From Bdellovibrionales bacterium (GTDB lineage: Bacteria; Bdellovibrionota; Bdellovibrionia; Bdellovibrionales; UBA1609): 64,000 nt of DNA. The position numbers were made by a program, and so were the translations under genes. Of this stretch, positions 57,475 through 64,000 are shown piece after piece (position 1 is the stretch's first letter; each line of letters opens with the position of its first letter). The stretch is from assembly GCA_965203095.1 (NCBI GenBank), contig OZ241877.1:1-64000 (forward strand). The letters run 5' to 3'. The notes beneath the pieces were generated by a model. That model made no database searches and was not told the DNA's origin. It saw only the letters and a program-made list of their open reading frames with translations.

Positions 57475-59181
57475 TTATCGAATTTTAGGGAACAAAGGGA
57501 TAGAAGGGCATTTTATAGCCCAATCAAAGGGGAAACTGCCCCAAGCGGTATGTTTAAGGCTCAGCTTTTGCCCATCATAGTTTAGCTTAGTGGTAGGGTT
57601 TAGAGCGGGATTTATCTCCGGCAAGGAGGGGACCATTCCCAACTGAGATAAAAGCTCTGTCATTTTCCCCGGCATAATCGGGAAAAGAAATAGAGCACAA
57701 ATCCTTAAAGCCTCTATAACAGTCCAAAGAACTTGTCCGGCTCGCTTTTTCCCGCTTTGTGATTTTAATAACTTCCAAGGGGCCTCTCGCTCTAAATACC
57801 TGTTAAGCTCTGTCAAAAGGCCAAACAGATCCTCTAAGGCTTGAGAAAGCTCAAATTTCTCTATCCGCTCTTTCCAGCCTGCTTTTGTTTTTAAATTCCC
57901 AAAAAAAAGCTCTTCCGTCATCTGTTTGATCTTTTGATCTGCTATCTCATCCCTTGGGACTTTCCCCTCAAAATGCTTTTCTATCAAACGGGAGACTCGG
58001 CTAAAAATATTGCCTAAATTGTCCGACAGATCCTCATTGCATTTTTGGATCATTAATTCTTTAGAAATAGCTGAATCTTTTCCTAAAAAAATGTTCTTAG
58101 CTAAAAAATACCTCAAGCCATCCACCCCTAAAATATCCGATAACTCCAAAGGATCCAGTTTATCCCCTTGAGATTTGCTCATCTTTTTATCCGATCGGTT
58201 CAAAAGCCAGCCATGGGCAAAAATACTTTTGGGCAATTTTAAATCCAAAGCCATCAAAAGGCAGGGCCAATACACCGCATGAGTCATTAAAATATCTTTG
58301 CCAATAAGATGAATGGCTCCAGCTCTATTCCAAAAATTTTCAAAATAAGTTTTATCTTCCTCCTTACCAATATAATCCTCCTTTACAAGGTAGGCCCCAT
58401 AACCCAAACCGGTAATATAATTGAGAAGGGCATCCACCCAAACATAAACTACAGAGCTTTTATCAAAACTCAGCTCTATCCCCCACTGGACTCTTGACTT
58501 GGGGCGACTCACACAAAGATCTTTCAGAGGCTTTTTTAAAAAGGCTTTAATTTCATTTTGCCTCTCTATTGGCCGGATAAATTGGGGATGAGTTTCTAAA
58601 TGACGAATCAAAAGATCTTGATATTTTGACATTTTAAAAAACCAAGCCTTTTCCTGTAGGGGGATAACCTCTTTTCCCGATGGGGATTTTCCATCTATTA
58701 AATCTTTTTCGGTATAAAAAATCTCTTCGCTCACACAATACCAGCCCTTGTATTGGCTTAAATAAATGTCTCCCTTATCTTTTATTTTTTGAAGAAGGCT
58801 TTGAACCGTTTGACTGTGATTAGGAGGAGTGCCCCCCTCTTTTAGTTGTTGATATTTATGACTTGTGTAAAAAAAAGATTGATCCTCCTCACCAATGGCA
58901 TTGTATTCAATGTTCAGTTTTTGCCAAACGGTTTTAAAATGCTCTCTCATCTCTGCACAGTGGAGTTCCGGCTCTACGCCTCTGGCCTTTGCGGCCTGCT
59001 CGCATTTTTGCCCATGCTCGTCCGTTCCCGTTAAAAAAAAAGTCTCATAATCTAAAAGTTTGTGATAGCGGTTCAAAATATCAGCAATAATTGTGCTGTA
59101 AGCTGTCCCTAAGTGAGGCCGATCGTTTACATAATAAAGAGGGGTGCTGATATAAAAAAAATGGGAACAGCTCATCCGCAT
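57475..59181 (-). CDS. metG: Methionine--tRNA ligase
   Basis: TPLYYVN..HLG, LTGTDEHGQK, YVWVDAL, IGKDI, KMSKS. Confidence 0.95.
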   Translation of the reverse strand: MRMSCSHFFYISTPLYYVNDRPHLGTAYSTIIADILNRYHKLLDYETFFLTGTDEHGQKCEQAAKARGVEPELHCAEMREHFKTVWQKLNIEYNAIGEEDQSFFYTSHKYQQLKEGGTPPNHSQTVQSLLQKIKDKGDIYLSQYKGWYCVSEEIFYTEKDLIDGKSPSGKEVIPLQEKAWFFKMSKYQDLLIRHLETHPQFIRPIERQNEIKAFLKKPLKDLCVSRPKSRVQWGIELSFDKSSVVYVWVDALLNYITGLGYGAYLVKEDYIGKEEDKTYFENFWNRAGAIHLIGKDILMTHAVYWPCLLMALDLKLPKSIFAHGWLLNRSDKKMSKSQGDKLDPLELSDILGVDGLRYFLAKNIFLGKDSAISKELMIQKCNEDLSDNLGNIFSRVSRLIEKHFEGKVPRDEIADQKIKQMTEELFFGNLKTKAGWKERIEKFELSQALEDLFGLLTELNRYLEREAPWKLLKSQSGKKRAGQVLWTVIEALRICALFLFPIMPGKMTELLSQLGMVPSLPEINPALNPTTKLNYDGQKLSLKHTAWGSFPFDWAIKCPSIPLFPKIR

Positions 59182-59186
59182 AGTCC

Positions 59187-61688
59187 TCAGTTTTTTTGCT
59201 TGAGGGAGATAGAAAACTCTGCTTTTACTTGTTGAATGGCTTTTTCTAAAAGAGTTTGTATCTTTTCCTCTGTCCAGGATTGGCCTTGAGGCTCTAATCG
59301 CACTCTAAACGAAAGGGATCTCTCTTTTTTCTGCTCATAAATGTCAAAAAGCTGAACTTCCACCGGTAAAGCTTTCAGGCTTTTTTTTATCCCCTTTCTC
59401 AGATCTTCTGCAGGAAGAGAGGGGGGGACTACAAAAGAGAGATCTCTTTCTACAGAGGGGAGATCAGAAAAAGGCTTAAAGCGGGAGGCTTTTTTATTTT
59501 GGAATAAAAAAGTCTCACAAAAGATCTCAGCTAAAGCCACATCTACAGGGATTTTATATTTTTTCCGCAAGAGGGGGTGCAAACTAAACAAAAAACCGGA
59601 AGGCTGGTTTTTAAAAATAAGGCTCACACTCTGTTGGGGATGAAGGAAGGGAATATTCTTTTTTAAAGGTTGATAAATCACTTTAATTTGAAAAGCCTCA
59701 AAAATAAGATCTAAAAGAGATTTGAGTTGATATAAATTATTGGCCTTTTTTTGACTCCAAATATCCACTGGATCGCCCCAAAGGGCCAAGCCCAAGTGCA
59801 ACTGTTGCCGGTAGCTTTTCCCTTCCTGATAAAATACAGGAGACAGTTCAAAAATCCGGCCCTGTTTATTATTATGGCGAAAATTGTTAACTACATTTTT
59901 AAACAGGTCAGGCACCAACAAAGGCTTCATTAAGGACAACTGCTGGCTCAAAGGGTTATTTATTGAAAAAAAACTCCGGCGGAGTTCCGTCTTTTTAAAA
60001 TCAGTTAAACCCATAATATCTTCTAAAACAGAGCTGTCTTTTAAAAACTCTTTATAATAGAGGGGATCACAAAAACTATAATTGATGGCCTCTAAGCATC
60101 CTTTTCCGATTAAAAAATTTCGCAGTTTCTGATGGTTCCGGTAAGGGGCCTCAGGCATAAATGTAGGAATGGGTGGGGGCATACTCTCTATTATTTTGTG
60201 ATAGCCTTGGAGACGAGCCAATTCCTCAATCAGATCCTCTTTAATTTTTAAATCTCTCCGGTAAGAGGGGGCTAAAACTTTAAAGCGGGTTTTGGCTGTG
60301 GGAAGATTTGCACTACCGCTTTTAATTTCTTTTTGAAGTTTTTGCCCACTTTGAGTTGAGCTATCCTTTTGGATTTGGCAAGCCAACCTCTTCAGGTCAT
60401 TTTGAAATTGAGACAAGGGCATGGCCTGCCCTAAGCGATCTTCCACATCTTCTAAACTGATTTCTATTTCTGCCAGTGGGGCCATTTCGTGTTGAATATC
60501 ATAAAAATCCTTAGACAACTCCCCCCCCGCCTCTTTTTGAATAAGGAAACAGGCCCAATCCAAAGCCTCCCGGACTGCTAAAGGATCTATACCTCTACTA
60601 AAACGATAAGACGAATCGGTCTCCAAAGCATATCTTCGGGCTGTTTTCCTTATGGGGGCCGGAGCAAAAAAAGCCGACTCTATAAAAACATCTTTTGTCT
60701 CTTTTTTAATGCCAGAATTTATCCCGCCAATAATTCCGGCCAAAGCCAAAATTTTATCTTTGTCTCTAATCACTATCTCCTCACCAGTCAAAACCCGTTC
60801 GCATTCATCTAAGGCTAAAAATTTTTCGTCTTTTTTAGACCAGTCCACAGTTAAACTTTGAATGGTGTTAAAATCAAAAGTGTGCAAAGGTTGGCCTTGG
60901 TCCCATAAAACAAAATTAGCGACATCCACCACATTGTTAATGGGCTTTAAGCCCAAAGATTTTAACTTTTGTTTGAGCCTATCTGAAGACTCCCCCACCG
61001 CTACCCCTTTGATTAAACGGCCAGAGTAGCGAGGGCAGGCTAAGGGGGCTTTAACCTGAACAGGTATCCTCTTTTTGACAGAAAGAGATTTGTCCTCAAT
61101 AAGAGAAAACTTAGGGACAGAAAAAGATAAGGAGAACAAACAGGCAATCTCCCTGGCCAAACCTCTATGGCTCAAACAGTCGGATCGGTTGGGCGGGATA
61201 GTGATCTCAAAAATCACATCCTTTAAAGCCATCCTATCAGAAAAGCTTTGGCCTAAAAGGGCTTTTTCAGGCAAAACCCATATCCCATCCTCTTCATCTG
61301 GGAAAGCCAACTCCGATCGGCTAAGGAGCATGCCTTCGCTTTCTATCCCTCGGATACGGGATTTTTTAATTTTTAAGCCTCCTGCAAGCACCGCTCCCGG
61401 CAAGGCTAAAATCACCTTATCCCCCACTTTGTAATTTTTGGCCCCACAAACAACAGTATAATTTTTAAGCCCGTCAAACACTTTACAAAGGCTCAGACGA
61501 TCAGCCTGAGGATGTTGTTCCGATGACTGAATTTCCGTTATAAAAATATTTTTAAATAGCTCTCTTTGATCTTCAAAAGAGTCCACCTCTAAGCCCGATA
61601 GAGTTAAGGCCGTTCCTAATTTTTCTGGCTTATCAAAAAAAGCCTTAGTCTCTATAAAATCACTTATCCAATTGAGAGAAAATTTCAT
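59187..61688 (-). CDS. pheT: Phenylalanine--tRNA ligase beta subunit
   Basis: MKFSLNWI, HPQADRL, VVCGAKN, PNRSDC, INNVVD, EDLIEELAR, ERDLSF. Confidence 0.95.
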   Translation of the reverse strand: MKFSLNWISDFIETKAFFDKPEKLGTALTLSGLEVDSFEDQRELFKNIFITEIQSSEQHPQADRLSLCKVFDGLKNYTVVCGAKNYKVGDKVILALPGAVLAGGLKIKKSRIRGIESEGMLLSRSELAFPDEEDGIWVLPEKALLGQSFSDRMALKDVIFEITIPPNRSDCLSHRGLAREIACLFSLSFSVPKFSLIEDKSLSVKKRIPVQVKAPLACPRYSGRLIKGVAVGESSDRLKQKLKSLGLKPINNVVDVANFVLWDQGQPLHTFDFNTIQSLTVDWSKKDEKFLALDECERVLTGEEIVIRDKDKILALAGIIGGINSGIKKETKDVFIESAFFAPAPIRKTARRYALETDSSYRFSRGIDPLAVREALDWACFLIQKEAGGELSKDFYDIQHEMAPLAEIEISLEDVEDRLGQAMPLSQFQNDLKRLACQIQKDSSTQSGQKLQKEIKSGSANLPTAKTRFKVLAPSYRRDLKIKEDLIEELARLQGYHKIIESMPPPIPTFMPEAPYRNHQKLRNFLIGKGCLEAINYSFCDPLYYKEFLKDSSVLEDIMGLTDFKKTELRRSFFSINNPLSQQLSLMKPLLVPDLFKNVVNNFRHNNKQGRIFELSPVFYQEGKSYRQQLHLGLALWGDPVDIWSQKKANNLYQLKSLLDLIFEAFQIKVIYQPLKKNIPFLHPQQSVSLIFKNQPSGFLFSLHPLLRKKYKIPVDVALAEIFCETFLFQNKKASRFKPFSDLPSVERDLSFVVPPSLPAEDLRKGIKKSLKALPVEVQLFDIYEQKKERSLSFRVRLEPQGQSWTEEKIQTLLEKAIQQVKAEFSISLKQKN

Positions 61689-61853
61689 AAAAACAGTATA
61701 ACCGGAACAAAGAGCCTTCTTCAAGCTCTTTTATTTTTGTGGGACTCTATACTTTTTCCATAAATTTTCCTTATTTATACTGATTTTGTTTGAAAATTCC
61801 TGCTTTCTCTACTCTGTTTTGACCGGAAATCTCAAATGTAATCAGTATAATTA

Positions 61854-62041
61854 GTCGTCCGTGAAAAAGCCTCAGTAAGTCCCTCTCATCCCCTGCTTTT
61901 ACAGGCTCAGACTTTTCAATCACTTTTGCCTAAAGGCCGTCCCATGAGGGTCCAAGGTATTGCCGTCCCGAAATGGGACGGACCTTTAGGCAAAGAAACT
62001 GAAGAATCCCCTGTGAATTATAGAGCTTTTTCACGGGCGAT
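61854..62041 (-). mobile_element. MITE-like core-hairpin element (188 bp, near-identical to 49299-49486)
   Basis: TIRs gtcgtccgtgaaaaa / tttttcacgggcgat; flanks taatta / taattt; core 61946-61972. Confidence 0.93.
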
Positions 62042-62080
62042 TAATTTAGTCGTTCTAAAAAAACTATCCTCCTAAATTTA

Positions 62081-62230
62081 GTGACTCATGAAAAAGTATC
62101 CTCTCAACTTCTTTTTTCCAAAGGCCATTTCATTCATGAGGGTCCAAGGTATTGCCGTCCCGAAATGGGATGGCCTTTGGAAAAAGAAACTAAAGAATAA
62201 GGCTTTCCAGAAGGATTTTTCACAAAAGAT
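62081..62230 (-). mobile_element. Second adjacent core-hairpin element
   Basis: Core 62138-62164 in stem ttttccaaaggccat / atggcctttggaaaa; decayed TIRs. Confidence 0.85.
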
Positions 62231-62335
62231 TGTTGAGTTATATGCTTGCAAGTGATGATAATAGGTTATATAAATCACTGTAAAACAACAAAATGATTTG
62301 TTTTCTGTTCATCTCACTTAAAGGATCTAAAAGCT

Positions 62336-63139
62336 ATGTATTTAAAAATGAGAATTTTGATCATATTTTTTGTCAGTTTTGAGTTTACTGGCCATTCCTC
62401 AGCCACAAAATCAAAAAAACCAGTCTCTACTTATGGGGTAGCTGTCCAAAAACCGGCCTTTGTAGGCTCCGCTTGGACAAAGATAAAAAATAATACTGCT
62501 TATGGGGCGGCCATCAATGGGGATATGGGCACTCTTCTTGCCGAACTGGCCAAAGGCTATGACCCTAACAAAAAATTGAGATACAGCAAAAATACAGCTT
62601 TGCACTTTGCCGCTGAAAAGGGGCATTTGCCCATTATTATGGAACTGGTAAAACATGGGGCCAGAATTAACTCCTACAATGGAAAGGGCTTAAGCCCTCT
62701 TCATATAGCTCTTCAATTTAGGCAATTAAAAGTAGCTGAATGGCTTATTGAACAGGGGGCTGATATTTATATTCCAAATGAAAAAAATTATGGAAAATCG
62801 GAATCAGTCCATCTGTCTTTAGAAATAGCAATAGCTGAATGGAAAAAGCTCTTCCATAGCAAAATTGAAGTGAGCCCCCCCGATAGACCTATAAAATATT
62901 ACATACCGGAAGATCAACTGGAACAATACTCTCACTTACCCATCGAGGGAGAAGATGTGGTCCGACAAAGGGAGAAGATCCAACAACTTATTTCAGGTTA
63001 TGGAAGGCTCATTTTGATTATTTTAGAAAAAGGAGAAATAAATATCCCTCTGTTTTTAAAAAAACTTCCAGAAAAATATAGAGAACGGCTTAAAGCACAA
63101 ACGACAAAAGGGGGGCCTTGCCAGGCCTCTTTCCAATAA
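62336..63139 (+). CDS. Ankyrin-repeat protein, probably secreted
   Basis: TALHFAAEKGH and SPLHIALQ..GAD ankyrin repeats; hydrophobic N-terminus. Confidence 0.9.
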   Translation: MYLKMRILIIFFVSFEFTGHSSATKSKKPVSTYGVAVQKPAFVGSAWTKIKNNTAYGAAINGDMGTLLAELAKGYDPNKKLRYSKNTALHFAAEKGHLPIIMELVKHGARINSYNGKGLSPLHIALQFRQLKVAEWLIEQGADIYIPNEKNYGKSESVHLSLEIAIAEWKKLFHSKIEVSPPDRPIKYYIPEDQLEQYSHLPIEGEDVVRQREKIQQLISGYGRLILIILEKGEINIPLFLKKLPEKYRERLKAQTTKGGPCQASFQ

Positions 63140-63187
63140 TAGGCCAATAGGTCTTAAAGGCTTTTATAAACCAGGGCCTTTAACCCA

Positions 63188-64000
63188 TTATAAAGAGGAA
63201 AATTGCTTTAAAAATCGAATGTCATTTTCAAAAAACAGCCGAATATTGGGAATACCATATAAAAGTAAAGCCAGCCTCTCCACACCTAAGCCAAAAGCAA
63301 AACCCTGCCACTGGGAGCTATCCATATTAACGGAATGAAAGACTTTGGGATGGACTAAGCCACAGCCCCCAATTTCAATCCAGCCTGTTTTTTTGCAAAC
63401 CGAACAACCTTTCATAGAGCAAAAAAGGCAAGAGACATCATACTCCGCAGAAGGCTCCGTAAAAGGGAAAAAACTGGGGCGAAATCGCACCTGAGCCTTT
63501 GATTCTTGAAAAAGCTCTTTTAAAAAATAAGAGAGTGTCCCCTTGAGATCTGCTAAAGACACCCGCCGATTCACATAAAGACCTTCTACCTGATGAAACA
63601 TGGGGGAATGAGAGACATCGCTGTCCCGGCGGAACACAGCCCCTGGAGCTAAGGCGGATAAAGGGGGCTTTTGTGATTCCAAAATTCGAATTTGAACGGG
63701 GCTGGTATGTGTTCTTAAAACATGATCCTCTCCAATATAAAAACTGTCTTGCAGATCTCGGCTGGGGTGAAAGGGGGGGAAATTTAAGGCCGAAAAATTA
63801 TACCAGTCCGACTCCACAAAAGGCCCTGTTTGAACAGAATAGCCTAAAGGCTTGAAAACATCCACAACAAGTTCAATCACTTGGGATATGGGATGCTTTG
63901 CTCCTATAGGCAAATAAGGCCCAGGCAAGCTTAAATCTATGGCTTCTTTTTTAAGATCCTCTTTTATGGCCTCTTCCACTATTTCCCTTTTGCGTTTTAA
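63188..64000 (-). CDS. pheS: Phenylalanine--tRNA ligase alpha subunit (5' end outside window)
   Basis: HPSRDLQDSF, LRTHTSPVQIR, FHQVEG, FPFTEPS, GFAFGLGVER; frame open to the window edge. Confidence 0.96.
   Translation of the reverse strand, partial: LKRKREIVEEAIKEDLKKEAIDLSLPGPYLPIGAKHPISQVIELVVDVFKPLGYSVQTGPFVESDWYNFSALNFPPFHPSRDLQDSFYIGEDHVLRTHTSPVQIRILESQKPPLSALAPGAVFRRDSDVSHSPMFHQVEGLYVNRRVSLADLKGTLSYFLKELFQESKAQVRFRPSFFPFTEPSAEYDVSCLFCSMKGCSVCKKTGWIEIGGCGLVHPKVFHSVNMDSSQWQGFAFGLGVERLALLLYGIPNIRLFFENDIRFLKQFSSL

Overview
AT-rich bacterial chromosomal window that most resembles Bdellovibrionota (inferred from gene content; ankyrin, pentapeptide and expanded nuclease-like paralogs hint at a host-associated lineage). 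Housekeeping genes: type IV pilus pilMNOPQ, S8 protease, rph, lytic transglycosylase, MscS, CBS-like synthase, feoAB, carD, gltX, LolC/E, aconitase, PilT/PilU, 2-oxoacid dehydrogenase E1, Prc, CCA enzyme, Nfu, icd, GSII, metG, pheT/pheS. No rRNA, tRNA, CRISPR array or transposase was seen. Five patterns stand out. (1) A dispersed MITE-like family: 8 near-identical copies of a 27-nt core sit in hairpins whose stems change sequence while staying complementary, with TAnnTA target duplications. (2) Two loci of alternating mini-cassettes: a small TM/coiled-coil gene with its own promoter, and a secreted gene with a constant signal peptide, related C-tail, constant 3' box and swapped middle. (3) A sigma28-type promoter set upstream of apparently leaderless envelope/secreted genes. 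(4) A STAS-GSII-ATP-grasp-alpha-E operon, divergent from an RsbW-like gene, whose ATP-grasp has lost its catalytic motifs. (5) An AAA/DUF4143 gene in frame with a nuclease-TPR-GreAB-C-PIN defence gene.
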